Assembly (NCBI GenBank): GCA_047495785.1
Contig: JBLDXI010000021.1
Span: 2,542,001-2,606,000 of the forward strand
Direction of reading: 5' to 3'
Length of the DNA: 64,000 nucleotides
DNA from: Lepidodermella squamata
Lineage: Eukaryota; Animalia; Gastrotricha
The translations under genes were made by a program, and so were the position numbers. The notes below the pieces were generated by a model that was given only the letters and a program-made list of their open reading frames with translations, did not search any database and was not told the DNA's origin. Positions 24,831 through 39,175 of the stretch are shown in pieces (positions within the stretch are counted from its first letter, which is position 1; each line of letters starts with the position of its first letter).

Positions 24831-26420
24831 TTTAATTTTACTTGCTACCATCGCCGAGGCGATTATAGCGAAAAAACAGAAAAAAGTAGATACTAGAGCT
24901 GGCGCCTCACTGATGAGGTAAGAAATTTGGAACAATCAGTTGACATAATGGTTTTCTTAAACATGTTCATCGATAGCGTTATAATTCAGATTATTCCAAA
25001 AATTTACGACCCTTCTGTTAAAAGAGAATTTTTTACAATCACGACGACATTTGGTTTGTTGTAAACGAACAGGAGCATACTTATTTGTAGAAAAAATAAA
25101 GAAATTTGAAAACTCAACATTAACAATACTGTGATATAATTTAAAAGTCACAACAAGATCTCGCATAAATCTCCGTTTCTCAAGAGATAGAAGATTATAT
25201 TTATAAAGCAAATCATAGTATTCAACAATTTTGTAATTGCCGAGCCTTTTAAGAAATCTTTCTTGGATGGATTCAAGCTCATCAATCAGATTTAGTAAAT
25301 AAGTAGAAGACCTTTACTGAGGAGCAATAGTCTAAAATAGGTAGCACATAGGTCTTATACGCTTTTAAGCGCATAGATTCAGATGTGAAAGCTTTGAAGA
25401 TATAACCAATTAGTTGAGCGCATTTATTTTTCAGAATAGCACAGTAACTTTCGAAACTCAGATTTTTATCAATATGAACACCCAAATCGCGGACTGAATC
25501 AACACAATCCAGCTTGTTACCGTCAATTTCATAAGTAAATGGTACTTTTGCACCAATACGCAAAACACAACACTTCTTAGCATTTATCGTCAACCCATTA
25601 CTTTTAAACCAATTAACAATAATTTTTAAATCATCTTGAAGCTTCGCACAGTCGTCTGCATTTTTTATTACCTACATATATAACATACATACATATATAC
25701 ATATATGCGTCATCAGCAAAATATTTCGTAATACAGTGTTTTACGTTTTCGTCAACATTCAAAAGAAAAATGATAAACAACAGTGGACCTAAAACTGATC
25801 CTTGAAGGCGCCGAGCAGCTCCTTGAATCAGCCCCATTAACTCTGACCTTGAAGACTCGATTAGTCAGGTAAGCCCGAAGCCAGTTGAGGACATTGCCAC
25901 AGATATTGATCTCTTGCAGCTTACTGAGCAAAATTTCAATTGGCACGCTTCGAAGGCTTTTGATAAATCCAGGTATATCGCATCAACGCCGAAGCCATCA
26001 TCCACAGCTTTAGTCCAGTCGTTTAAGCACAATAGTAGTTGAAGCTCACATGATCTTTTCGGTAAGAAGCCGAACTGATTTGCCGGAATTAATTTATTCC
26101 GAGTAAAAAAGGAAGCAAATACGATCGTATTATTTTCTCCTGAACTTTGCACACACACAAGACGTTAGACTTACTGGGCGATAGTTACTCACATCGTGAA
26201 CACTTCCTGATCTTTTAAAAATCGACACGACAATCGCTTCCTTCCATATACGAGGTATTTCGCCATAAGCAAAGGAAGCATTAAAAATGATCGAAAGAGG
26301 CAGAGCACAACTAGAAGCCAGATTTCGAAGAAGAAATTGAGGAAGTAAATCAGGCCCAGATCCGAATTTTCCTTTGAGAGTAACAAGGGTGTGATAAATA
26401 GAATCAGCGGTGAATACTAT
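24831..26420 (-). mobile_element. Degraded CR1-like LINE (RT to 3' end)
   Basis: Frameshifted fragments NQFGFLPKRSC, AIYLDLSKAF, QGSVLGPLLF, YFADD, VRDLGVHID, KFSFNRRVVNFWN. (TAAA)n tail near 24230. Confidence 0.85.
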
Positions 26421-28079
26421 ATTTTATGAAGAGATTCGTTTACGACTGATCGAAAGGCCTTTGTGTAACTGATATTTGAGTAATTGAAATTTCATAATAA
26501 AGGAGTCGATGATGCTGTCTACGTAACGGTAGCTGTCAGCTCTTTGTTTGCCTTGGAAGTTTGAAGTCGGCCACCTGACTGTCGAAGCGTCATCTAAAAA
26601 CGGTTCCGTGTTGTTTTCGTTCAGCTTTCTGAGGAAGACCGTGGTTCTCTTCCATGGATGTCTCTTGACTTGGTGAGGAAAGGAGCATAATTCACCAAGG
26701 GTTTCATTAAGAGGCACTTCGGCTCCAGACGCAGACGTTTAGATTGAATACAGCCTCCTGATGTGAACGGGGCATACCTGAGCTTGGTTTTTTCCCCACG
26801 AAGCAAGGCAGGCCAAGCATGAGCTTCGCAACGTCAAAAAACGGTTTTGACAGCCAGCTTTACTAATAGATGCGAGTCTTCAACTTGCCACCTTCAACTT
26901 CAGCAACAAATATTTTGGCTGGTCACATTGGTGCACTCTGAATAAAGTCATCCGCATATCCGACCGATGAATCTAAAATCCGGACATTTTCTACTGCAGC
27001 AAAATTATCTGTTTGTTTTCCATCAAACCTATGTTATTTTACAGTTGTATAGTTTTTATGACAAAATTTTGGTATTGGTTAACTTTACTATGAAAATAAA
27101 TTTGCTATTGTTGCGCCTAGCACGTTGTTTGGGATTGGATGACCCCTATACTTTTATGTACCGGTGAAATGTCCCTCGCAGGTGCGCTTGGCGCTTCGCA
27201 ACTCCCGCCTCGCGATTGCAGCCATATACTTAATCTTCCAGGTTTATATAATTCTTCTACGCCAGTTACTTGAAGAATACAGTGGCGGATATCTGACTTT
27301 ATCAAGTTATCCCGTTTCATTGACAAGGGACAATCGCTCGACCTGTTACACCTAGGTTTACGGTTGTAAAATATGCATGGCCGGGCGCCGGGCGCGCTTA
27401 CTGGGGGATGTGTGGGGATCTCCAAGGTAGCGCTGATACCCCAATTCTTCACCGCCAAAAAAGGGACTACAGTAGCCAGTAGCCCATCAAACTTAAGGCC
27501 CCACTCTCGTTGAACCCGCGGCGCCCGGCACCCCTGTTTTTGAGGCGTTAATATCGAGCAATTTTGTTTATAGTCAATTGGTCGGGCTCGTAAAGCTCGT
27601 TGAAATTGTGTCCACTATGTTCTTTTCTTTAGATAGCAAATGAAAGGCTGTCATTGAGCCTGATAAGTGATAAGCGTAATTGCCAAGTTGCAAGTAGTGG
27701 CCTCCTACGCACTGCCCTCAGGAAAATGTTCATAAAGCAGGTCGTTTAAACTGGGATATTAAAAAGGTGACATCAAGGTGAAGAAGGGTCTATTTCAGTT
27801 TTCGCTATTGTGCATTTTGAGATTCATCGAGATTTCGCATCGTCAGTCGAGCTCCAGGCGGATGAATCAAACGCTAGGGACACGCCATCTAAAACGCATT
27901 TTACATATCAATTGTTTGCGTCGAATCTCTATCATGCCAACTCGATGATAGCTGCAGTTTATTCGTCTATTATCTTTTATAGTTATATCCGCATGTTCAT
28001 GTCTGTTATAGAAACTTTTATTTTGTGTTCTGTCGGCGGAAATTCAGTCCCTTAGTTAGGGCACTGCATTTAGGTAAAA

Positions 28080-29453
28080 ATGGTAAAAAATCAAAGTGGC
28101 AGTGGCGTGGATGAGCTATTACGAGCTGCTGAGATTTTAGATAACTGGGACAGAGGTTTGCGCTTTGTTTTATCCATTCGCTGTTCGTCATCTGACTTTT
28201 GTTTAGAACGTGAACATGGTTATGCCGCACTGCCTCGTGATAGTAGTCAGGGAAACGAAAATAGTGACCAAACTGGGGAAACTTCTTCAAACACTGCATC
28301 TCAAACATCCTCTGCATCCTCTACACTGGTTCGGGCCTGCGGAGGCTCAGGCCACGCCAATTCCGGTGCTGTTCCGGCAATCATATCCAAATCTAATCAT
28401 CGCCGCCGCCGCCATTCAGCATCGGGTTCATCTTCCTCTGACCGGCGCCTATCGACGTCTTCGTCTTCCCCGGAACATAGAGCTAAGGGTAGCGGAAAAG
28501 AGTCGGTTCACGGAGGCTGTGTGAGATCTGCTCACAACGAGTTGGAAAAATCTCGGTATAAAAGAAACTGATTGGAATTCTTGTTGCGTACACTTTCTTT
28601 TTCAGCCGAGCTTCCATGCGAAGCTGCCTTGAAGCTTTGCGCCATCTCCTTCCCACCGAGCACTTGGAGCGTACATCAACGGGAAAAAACACCACCCTAT
28701 CAGTATTGAGATCGGCTAGATCTTTTATCAAGGTCTTGACTGCTTTATTTTTATTTATATATTTATTTCAAACTCATCCAAATAGGCCCTTCATGATTGC
28801 CTCGATCAAAAGACGGACACTAGAGCGCAACTAATGAGTGAGCAAACAAAAAAGCTGCACAGGCTAAGTGTACTTACGGGTATGGCTCCGCCGCTTGCTT
28901 CATCAAATGTTTGCAACGGAAATTTGGATACTCTCAAGCTGGAAGCACTTGGAACTGCTGCTGTGGCTGTTGCAGCCGCAGAGCAACAGTTGCACAAGTC
29001 AAGCGAAGCTTCTGCAAATTCTTTACAAGTGAAGGCTCTCGCTACCCCAGTCCCAAGCATGTCTACTTTTGATGGAAGCCCGCCAGTCTCGGTGATCAAA
29101 GCTAGCTTAGTGTCAAACCAGTTGGTAAATGGAAAAATCATTGAAAAAGTTCGCTCAATCTCAGAGAGCTCGTCTGTCAATCTCATCCCGCAAACGAAAA
29201 GAACTGAAAAAGGTTAGTGAAATTAATGATGAGGGGAGTTTACAAGTTTTGGCCAAATTTAATTTTAGAAACAAAAGCGTTGAAAGTTGGATTGGTGAAA
29301 AATGAGGAAGAGGAGAGTTCCGAATGTCATTTGCTGTCGAGCGAAGCAATCACTGCTCGCATCGTAAATGTAACTTCCGTGAAAGAAACAGAAGACGGAA
29401 TTTTACTGGTTCCAACTGGTCCTCGTATTGTATCCGCCACTTTACGCCGCTGA
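28080..29453 (+). CDS. Mad/Mxi (Max dimerization) family bHLH-ZIP transcriptional repressor
   Basis: SID-like VDELLRAAEILD..EREHGYA. bHLH RSAHNELEKSR/RASMRSCLEALR..TTLSVLRSARSFIK followed by a zipper. Introns 28156-28206, 28556-28605, 28733-28785, 29213-29268. Confidence 0.88.
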
Positions 29454-31696
29454 ATGTCGCATCCAACTTTGTAAACATCATTCGAATATTGACCTTTTAT
29501 TTATTTTGACACATACGTGTTTTGGCGCACTAGCTTTCTAGCTGGTGAAGAGTGCTGTGGAACAACTGCAAAGTTTAATCTTCTCTAGAATGACGCGTGC
29601 TTTTCTCACCCATACGAAATATGTTGAATTTGTTACTAATTTTATCACTTTTACATCTTTGGTAGTATTCTTTGCTTGAATTGGTTATTTTATTCTTCTT
29701 TTTGATGGAATTATAATGTTTTGTTATTGACCGTGCTTGATCGTACTTCTGTTGATCACGACTTGTCATTGAATAAGCGCAGTGATTCTGTAGAACGCAC
29801 AACGATTGATTTTTCTAAAGGATTTCACTGCTGCTGTTGTTGATGTGCTCGTGATTAATGAAGCTTAGAGTTACATATTAATTTTTATCTGTGATGGTGA
29901 CGAAATTTAAAAACTTCCTCTTATGACTTCATGTCTCAACAACAGCAGCATCATTACACCGACATGATGCGGTGAATGCAGCGGCATATTTAGTTTTTTA
30001 ATCATAAGCGCAAAATTATGTTATAGTTATCCTCCAATAATTATACACGTACGCCGAGTCAATGATATTTGGCCCATCGAATTTTTACTCGTTTAACTTA
30101 TTTATGCTGATAACAATATCAAGGAAACTTAGTTTGGCAATATTACTTTCCCTCGTTTTCTCACCCCAATTAAGTTTAGCCAAATGACTTGCTTTATTAG
30201 AGCTGATCGGTGGCTTTCGACTCGTCAGAGAATTCATACTGTCCTTTCTGTCTTTCTTCGGCGTGAGCCACTGTCAATTATACGTTTTCCGCCGTCTTCT
30301 CTCATCAGCGATTGCTTATATTTGTTACAAACATCATCCACGCATAAATGCACCAGAGACTTCGCTGTAATGCAATGAAAATTGTTCGTCACCGATGCCA
30401 ACCATCCATGTTGCCTCCAATCCTTGATTTCTTTTTCATGCGAATCAATGGGGATACGAAGTGCCTTTAACGGTACGTGGTTCATTGGAACCGCCTTGGT
30501 GATAAATCGTATCCTGCTAATCTCATTTAGTAGCAGTCATCGTTCGTAATTGGTGTATTAATATTACTAAAACCTGATTCTTATTTGTCTAATTATTGTT
30601 ATTGAATTTGTTTCTTCTTTAATTTACTTACAGAGAAAGAATTACTATGATTTTTATACTGTCGCCTATGCTAAGCGGGAGATTTGCATGTTGTAATGAC
30701 GTCTGTTTTCTGTAATATTTCTGTACCTTGTACGTGGCTTGTGCGAAAGAAAGAAATGCGAAATATCAATAAAATTTGCCTGAAAAATTACCTGGCGTTT
30801 TTAAATCAAATTCAAAGTGCAAGTTGATTCTCGAAAACTGACCTCGAACGAGATGGAGAATTATTGCATCCTCGATGTAATCATAATTGTGTTAACAGAT
30901 TTTTTGGCATATCCACCCAGGAGGAAAATGAGGAGTATCCCTCACAGAATCCATCAAAAACGAAAAAGGCATTCGCGAGTAAGTATGTACCTTATGTATC
31001 TGATTTTGATTTCTTTCGAACATGGGGCAGACAATGTCTTTTCAATCTCATTACGGCCAAAGGGCGATCCTCTAGGTATATTCTGACATGAATTGTATAG
31101 TTTTTCTCTCTACAAGATGACTGAGCAGTTTCTCACGAATGAACGTGGTCGACTGTTTGAAAAATGTTAGCTGATGTTAGCTTAGCTAATGTTTTCAACA
31201 ATCTCTTCGCCAATGTTGTAAAAACATTGCCAGTGCATTGCTACACCGCCTGAGTTTTCACCGATCATTTCAAACCACTGAAAAGTTCAAATTTCGCGAA
31301 ATCACGTCAAGGGAATTATTACTGGATGCACTGGCTAAGGTAAAGAACAAACCCATACCCCTGTAGTTGAGAATTGTAACACTGAAGTTGGAAAAATCAG
31401 CCAAAAAAATTGACTGATTTTCAAAACCTTGACTATACAACTGGTATAGCTGAAATAACTGAGACAGTTTTGAAAATGACTGCTAGAGTTATTGCCCCGC
31501 ATAGGTATACTTGCTTTTTTCAATGAGATAATTCGATCGAAAATAATGCAAGCAATGCAAGCAATGATTTTATTATTTGTTCAAAGGCTTTCAAGCACCG
31601 GCCACGGGTGGGCTTTGGGCGCGTCCAATAATATTCAGTAACATTTTAAAACTGATGATTAGCTATACAGTAAATGATGTTGTATGATAATGATAC

Positions 31697-33944
31697 ATTT
31701 TTTTTTTTTTTTTTTTCCGAGCACAGATATTATAATTATTATGAAGATGCATACATCAGAACTTATAACAGAGAGGCTAAAATATGGCATGTCAGTTTAT
31801 AGTATTCGTAGGATAGATGTGCGATTTAAGATGAAGGCGGTAGCTAAGAGCGAGAGAGAGGATATGCGATAAAGAGATATCGCCTACGGATTTACAGGAG
31901 TTGATACTTGATACTCGATAATCGAGGAGGTATTGATTTCAATATCATTGGTAGTCGTACGGGGCACAGCCAGATTATTTGGAATATGGATACATTCTAA
32001 ATAGAGATGACAGATTAGATCTACAGCGTTTGAATAGTTTCTTAGAGGCATGGATAGAGGGTTACCGTCCTTAAAACAGAAAATACATTTTATTCCGAAA
32101 TTATTAACATAACAAAAAGGCTTGTGAAGCGAGTTGGTCCTGATCATACTGAGAGTTCTAATATTTTTCACTGACCAAAAAGCTTTCTGGGCATTTGAAT
32201 AGAGCAGCAATCTGTCGAAATTTTCGTCGGTGTAGACAGGATTTTGGTACAGGGTTTTCAAACCATTTACTGTCGATAATTTGTCATTTTTTAGCCATAT
32301 TTCATACCACTTCCCAAGATGAGCCAAACCCTCAAATTGGGAGGTAGCAGAGAAAATGTTGGCACCGCCTAGTTTTTCAACGTCCCCTTGCAAATTCTTG
32401 AAAATGTTTCGATATAAATTTTTGTTCGAGTCAATAACATGGAAAGCGATTTTCAGAAGCTCATGATCGTTCTCAAATTTGAGCCACAAGAAATATCTGA
32501 CGGCTGATTTTGTGAGGATTAGATCGGGGGGATCAAGGTAAAATTCGCGTTTCACCAGTTCATTTCTGGCAGACGTTGGAATTCGACAGATCTGTTTCAC
32601 AAAATAAGTATTGAAAGGGAAAATTTTGGTTTTTTTTGACTGACCCCAGAGGCCACTCGCGTAACTGTAGTTACCAACAACGTAGGAATTGTGTAGAATA
32701 TTGAAAGTTTTAGGTGGGAGGTATGTAGTAAAGTTTTCAATCATGTTTGGGATAAGTGCGGTGATACGCTTAGTATTCGCATTGATAACCTCCACCATTT
32801 TGTCGAAATTAAGGTTGTGGGTGAAATAGACACCTAGGTATTTGAATTCCTTAACTCTTTCGAGGGTTTCCCCATTCAGGGTAAATTTTAAACTAGAATT
32901 TTCGGAGAACCGCTTTTCAAAAATCATAATTTTGGTTTTTTCTATGTTGATTTTGAGGGAATTTTCGTCGCAGTAGGTGACAAGCTCATTGAGTAGTTTT
33001 TGTAGTTTTTCTGGGCTTTCAGCCATCAATACTAAGTCGTCCGCGTAGAGAATAGCGATAATGACATATTGCTCGAATGTCAGACCGGGTATCGTTTTCA
33101 TAAGATATGGTATCAGGTCATTGATGAAAATAGAGAAAAGTAAAGGGGAGAGAGGGTCACCTTGTCTTACTCCTACGTTGGAACTTATTGGACTATCGTA
33201 AAGAATGGATGATTTGTATCGCAAAAATAATTTATTGTCGGCATACATGTTTTTGATGACCTCGATGAAGGGTGACGGCAGTCCTAGTTTAATTAACTTA
33301 CTGATGAGTAGTGCGCGGCTTATTTTATCGAAGGCGCTTGAGAAGTCAACGAAAGCGGTGTAGATCTTCTTGCCTTTAGTCAGAAAGTAAGCGATTATAG
33401 CATAAAAGACTGTGCAAGCGTCTACGGTTCCTAGTTTGGGAGTGAAGCCGAATTGCTCCGGTCTGAGAATCTCTTTGACCTTACACCATTCTCTAAGGCG
33501 ATTTTCTAGGATGCTGGAGAAAATTTTTGCGAAGACTGAAATTAAGGTGATAGGGCGGTAATTTTTTGGGTCTCGACGATCGTTCTTCTTAAAAATTGGT
33601 AGCAATATTGCTTTGCGCCAGCACTCGGGGTATTCTCCTGATCGTAGTATCTTGGAGTATAAAATTGCAAGGAATGGGTAAAGACCTTTCTTGCAGCCCT
33701 CTAGCTTCAGGCACTCGTAGTCGATTTGGTCCACCCCTGAGCATGACTTCGAGTTGGAGGTCGCGATGATGCTCTCAATTTCCGAGATGGTGACTGGCGA
33801 TAGGAGGTCTATGTCATCCTGGTCGGGGCTGTTATTGAGGGTTAGTTCTAGTATTGGGTTTTCAGGGATTATTTCAGGGGCGGTGGTAAATAATTGTGTG
33901 AAAAACTCGATCGAAAATAATTCCCGAGCAATATAAAACGGCAA
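31697..33944 (-). mobile_element. 5'-truncated LINE with open RT ORF (686 aa), C-terminal CCHC and poly(A) tail
   Basis: NYRPITLIS, EQFGF, AFVDFSSAFD, GVRQGDPLSPLLF, LYADD, FKYLG, C-terminal CIFC..HLYLEC. T-run at about 31697-31716 is the poly(A) tail. Confidence 0.92.
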
Positions 33945-33946
33945 TT

Positions 33947-34280
33947 GTGCATTCTTTCCACAAAGGAGGATCTGATGTGTCCAATTTCAGGCCAATTTCA
34001 ATTCTATCGCCAATTTCTAGGACCGTTGAAAGGTGCATCTCATTCCAAATTAAATCACATTTAAATCAGACGGAAACAAGGTTATTTTTCAGCAAATTCC
34101 ATTCAACAGACAGCTGCCTTGCAAAACTCACCGAAGACTGGCACATTTCGCACGAAAAACGGTGAACAGTCGCTATCGTGGCTATTGACTTGAGCAATGC
34201 CTTTGATTCGCTACATCATAAAGGCATCTATAGGTCATTGGCTAGTGCGGGTATTGAACAGGAAGCTATGTCAGTGATCG
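33947..34280 (+). mobile_element. CR1/L2-like LINE RT fragment related to the 54-57 kb element
   Basis: SNFRPISILSPISRTVERCISFQIK..HSTDSCL..TEDW..AIDLSNAFDSL parallels SNYRPISITSPIARTFERCLSFQLK..HSTDTCV..TEDW..SIDLSKAFDTL. Confidence 0.75.
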
Positions 34281-35043
34281 CTACCAGTATGTAGAAATTA
34301 ACCAAAGTCGCTCAAGTAAAGGTAAAATACTAATTATTGTTGTTGTGATAAGGCTTCTCATGAATTCGAAACTGACTGAGCTTGATATTCTTGTTTGTCA
34401 TTTTTTATAAGCAATTGTGAGCTATGTAATCCCTATAAATCGTCTAGTCTTCTGCTAACATTTGAAAATCGGAAATCAGGAATAACTGACCCTAAAATCT
34501 TTCAAGCAAACGTGTTCAATTTTTCGACATCCAAAAATTTGCTAAACGCAAATTTAATTTCTTTCAAAATTTATTGGAAAATCTGCCTGATATTAAAATA
34601 CAACATCGCATCGACATAAAAAGATAGCTTTAACGTGCTATTCACAGCCGAATGAAGACTCTGAAGACATGGAAATATGGCAGACCATCGTTTGGCGCCA
34701 ACTGATTCAGCAGAAAAGACAGCCAAGCGAGATATGTCAAGATTAGACTGACCGCGTAAGATTGCACGGTTATTCGGAATGCTTTTTTCTATTGAGGGGC
34801 AACTAAGTCTGTTGGTGAATTTATTACCATAAGATTACAGCATCCAAGTGGTCACTAGCCTATAAGAGCATGGCTCACATTTAGTTCTAGTAACACAGCT
34901 GAATACGTTGAACATACAATATTTACACAATTTAGACGGATCACACGAATTGTCATTCCGTTTACAGATTATAGCCAATGCCGGTTGGTGTGTAGTTCCG
35001 AGAGCACAGAAATTATTGTATGAAAAGACGCAGGACAGCCAAA

Positions 35044-38000
35044 TCAAAAAAGCGATTCGAATTTGTCGTTATTGTCACTAGCAGGGAAAATGCTCATCAC
35101 CGGGAGCGGCATCGTGAAAACCGGCGGATCTGGAAATAGCATAGAGAAATAACAACAAGAAATTCCTCTGAAAATGAATAACTCACCTAAAAATTTAATG
35201 AAAACTACATCGTGGCCAGGACCGCTGCCGAAAGAGGCAGAAGCTGCAGATTGGCTGATGACTGGTGGGAGCTCGTCTGAATCGATGCTGTCAATGGAGC
35301 CTGGACTTCCAGAGATACCCATGCCACTTGGCACGGTGAGACCGCCACCGTTGCTGTGGCTGTTGCTGCCACCGGCCTGAGCAGGAGAGCGAAGGCAGTC
35401 GACGAGTTCTCGTCGGAACACGTTCAAGTTTTGGGTGAACCTGTGAAATTCAACAGAAAATAGCTGACGTCATTTAGGAAATAAAATATATCGGATGAAT
35501 ATGACCAACTTGAGACCTGAAAGTATGGGATAACAGCATATAAAAATGCGCACCTGTCACGGTTTTTGAGGGAGAGATTTCGCTCAACGTCCTCCATAAG
35601 TAGAGAGAAGCAGCGAGCAATAGCCTGTTGACGATGCTCGGCCTGCATAGCGATGGTCTCTTGTTTGAGCTGCTGAAAGTAGTTTTCGTTAAGCAGGATT
35701 AGCGCTAGGAGCGGCCGTGACATCGACCATAGGTTCTTGCAGTCTTCGAACATGACGGCGTTCAGTACGGACGCGAGCAACTGCTGAAGGTAATGCGGTT
35801 GAGAAACCAGCAGTGAAACTATGGGCAGACGTTGCGAAAGTGCCTGCACGCTAGGTGATTGTAGTGAGAAGCTGATGGACTGCGAAGAAGACGACGAGTT
35901 GTTGGTGCGCTGGTGTTGCTGCTGCGAACCATCCACCAGCTTCATTAGCTTCTTGTAGACGTATGTGAGCAAGTGGTCAAGAACGGCACAACAAAGTGTG
36001 GAGACAGCAGCGTCGAGGGACAGCAAGCCGTCGGTGATCGTGTTGAACATGTAGCGCAGCGTTGAGAGTTCGAAGCCGGCTACACGCTCGACGTGGTCAA
36101 CTGCCAAGGACTCGAGCATGCGGTAGTACTCCTGAGCCAGCTTTGGATATGCGGCGATAACCGTCTCGGGAACAGTGTGCAGAACATGAACGATGGCGGC
36201 AAGTGCGTTATCGAAGGCAGGGTCGTGGTACAGCTGAAAGACGCCGAAGTTGATGTACTGGCCGTAGAGCGAGTTGCGCATCGCCGACAGGCACAGCATC
36301 AGCGGTTTAAGCTTCACCTTGTAAATCTTGCTCTCGGGAATCGAGTCTGCCATCTGCTGTACCTTCTCCACAAAGGTGCAGATGAAGCGACTGAGCTCGC
36401 GGAACAGCAAATAAGGACCGGGATTTGACAGCTCAAACTGCAATCGCTGCTGACGGTTTTGAACCAATTCTGATAGCATTTTGAATATCGGTATCGTGAC
36501 GTTACTGTCACCGGGCCACATTTGCACGGCGGCGAGAAAAACACCGAGGTATTTGGGGTACATCCAGTCGAAAAACGCGGCGAAAACAGCTTTCGACGTG
36601 AAAACAAATGCCAGCCCGTACATGTCACGTGCGAGCGCGATGATTACGCGCTTTGTCGCCTCTGCGTCCATGGTTTGGTTGAGCGCAATCGCATTGGCCA
36701 GCTTTTCAAACTGCGTAGTGAGCGGCTGCAGGAATGGACGCAGACAGTCGTCAGCGTCTTCCATCAAATCAATCGAAACTAGACGGCCCAACGCTTGGTA
36801 GAAGGTTGAGCGACATTTCATGTGATCGGGCGCACGGTCAAACGCCAGAAATGGGAAGTTTTCAGGTACATGACCTCGCAACAGGAACTGAACAGTTTCG
36901 AGGCTGACGAGCTTGCGCATAGCTGCATATCCAACCGAAAGTTCCTCGAAAAGCTTCAACGACTCGCCAACTATGCGGTTGCTATGCGAAGCGTATCGCA
37001 AGTTGCGAATGATTTTATCAACGAATAACATCAATAACCGCGACTCGTCATCCAGGTTCAGAACATCCGACAGCCGTTGGTACAGCTTTGATCCTTTGTG
37101 GATCTGATCTCCTACAAAAACGCGACGGAACTGCTCAAGGAAAAAGAGAAGTGCCAACTCGAGCTTCTCGTCGCACCTGTTCTGTTCAAGTTGCCGATCG
37201 GTCAGGCGCATCAGCTGAATGACACGGGAAACCAGCTCGCCATCCCACGTGTCATGCTCGTCGCTGCATGCGAAGGGCACGCGACCGCCAATCATGCAGC
37301 CGATGATGTAGACCAGCCACGTGAACTCGCCAACGATGACTTGCCCGGCTGCGGCGTGTTGTTCGGCAGAGGAGGGCGACGTCGGCAATGAGTTGTAACG
37401 GACGACGGTGTCGTTGAACAAAGTGGATACTAACTGACAGGTTTTTTCATACTCGCAGCGCACAATCGTAGTCAACAGGTCTAACTGTTGTTCGACGAGG
37501 CTAGCGTCGTCGAGCGGGTCATCCAAAACTCCATTCGATGAAATTACTACTTCGACGCTCTTTACACGCGCACCTATGTAAGCAGCTACCACTTCTGGAA
37601 CATAAACTTGCAAAAAATGACCGTCCGACGATTTGAGGTAGGGCAGGCTGGCGACGAGGCGTTGCCAAAACCCAAGCAGGAAATGAACCGAGTTTGGTGA
37701 AAATTGCCAAGCTTTCAAGCTAGAAACACTAAATGAGGCAACGGATTTGATAAAATCCGGGTAGAAGTCAACCATGACCAATTCGTGCAGCTGAAAGTTA
37801 GACTTCAGGTTTGACAGCATACGACAAAATTCATGATAACATTGAGGATCGTTCAACTTTTCAGGAACCTCTAGCACTGTTCGGATCCCGCTCATAATAT
37901 CACGCCTGTAGAAAAATGCATATTAACAAACAACAGTATTGAAAATTTAACCAACAGGTATCGCTCTCGCTCGATTGGGTCGAAGAGAGACCTGCGAACG

Positions 38001-39175
38001 CATACAAACGACGCCAAGATTCCAAGACACGCTGACGCAAGAGACGGTGGCAGCACATGGTACAATTCAAAAAATAAACGAATGTTGGCATTCTGGGTGC
38101 CATGTTGATCGCAAAAAAATGATTTCCAATGCAGCGGAACCTGGTGAGTTTAGGTACATCATTTTCGTTACTTTCAAGTATACTGCCGGATAATTACCTG
38201 AATTATGGTCACATCATCCGATGACTCATCGTTCATCATTCCCAAGAAATCGAAGTTCAAGCATGCTTGAGTTAAACGAAGAGACCAATTGACAAAACTT
38301 TGACGAGCCGTGTCCTCGGCGGCCAGAGCCGAGCCAGATTCGACCAAGCTATCGCGGACAGTGGTAGCCGATTTAACTCCAATCTATAAATCAAGAAACT
38401 CAATCATAAGGTAATAATGGTAAAAAAACAACCTTGAAAATATCACACAAGACTTCATCACGGAAATTAGCAGCGACGCGACGATACCGTGTCATGGAAC
38501 GGAAACCATCGGGTTGATTAACCACAGAAACAACTTGAGTTAACAGCTGCAAGCCGATGATAACTTGTTCAGGTTGAGAACCAGTAAGGAAACGATTTGT
38601 TTCGTTGATAAGGTCGTGAAAGACCAAAACTGAATCGCGAGTGTCAAACCAGCCAAATTTGATCAATACAGAATACAGATGAATGTAAGCTTGCTGAAGA
38701 TAGTTCGGCATTTTCGGATTGTTGTACAATATGTTTAACAGCAAATCCTTGAGAGCGACCCTCTCTTCGACTAAAATGTCAATCATTTCAATAAGGTAAT
38801 AAAGTTTCGTCTTCCACAAGATTCATTCCGACCTGTTAGCTGAGACGACGAAACAGGGGCGCATATAACTTTGACAAGGGTGGTTAGAGCCACCATTTGA
38901 ACGTAAACCGAACTGTTTCTTTCCAACAGCTGAAAGCATCGCGACAAAAAATTTGAGCTAAAAGAGTGACATTCAAGAAATATTGCTTCAAGTATTAGCC
39001 TCTTACCTGCGGCAAAACTCGTTCCATATTTGTTCAGCGGCACCTCTTTGTGAAGCATCGCCCGCAGTATACATGCGCTCACAAGCTTCCTCAAGCTTGT
39101 TAATGGCCTGTAACGAATAATTAAAATTAGCTTAAGGATGTAAAGGCTGAAACTTACTATGTCAAACTGGGACAT
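35044..39175 (-). CDS. XPO7: Exportin-7 / RanBP16-17 family
   Basis: Spliced N-terminus INKLEEACERMY..RCFQLLERNSS..IKFGWFD, then YHEFCRMLSNLKSNFQLHELV, WQFSPNSVHFLL, DGELVSRV, NLWSMSRPLL, KNRDRFTQNL. About 8 introns. Confidence 0.94.

Noticed and set aside
24910-24930. CTGATGAG..GAAA hammerhead-like core (also CTGACGA..GAAA near 9928)
   Set aside because: The required helices cannot be formed.
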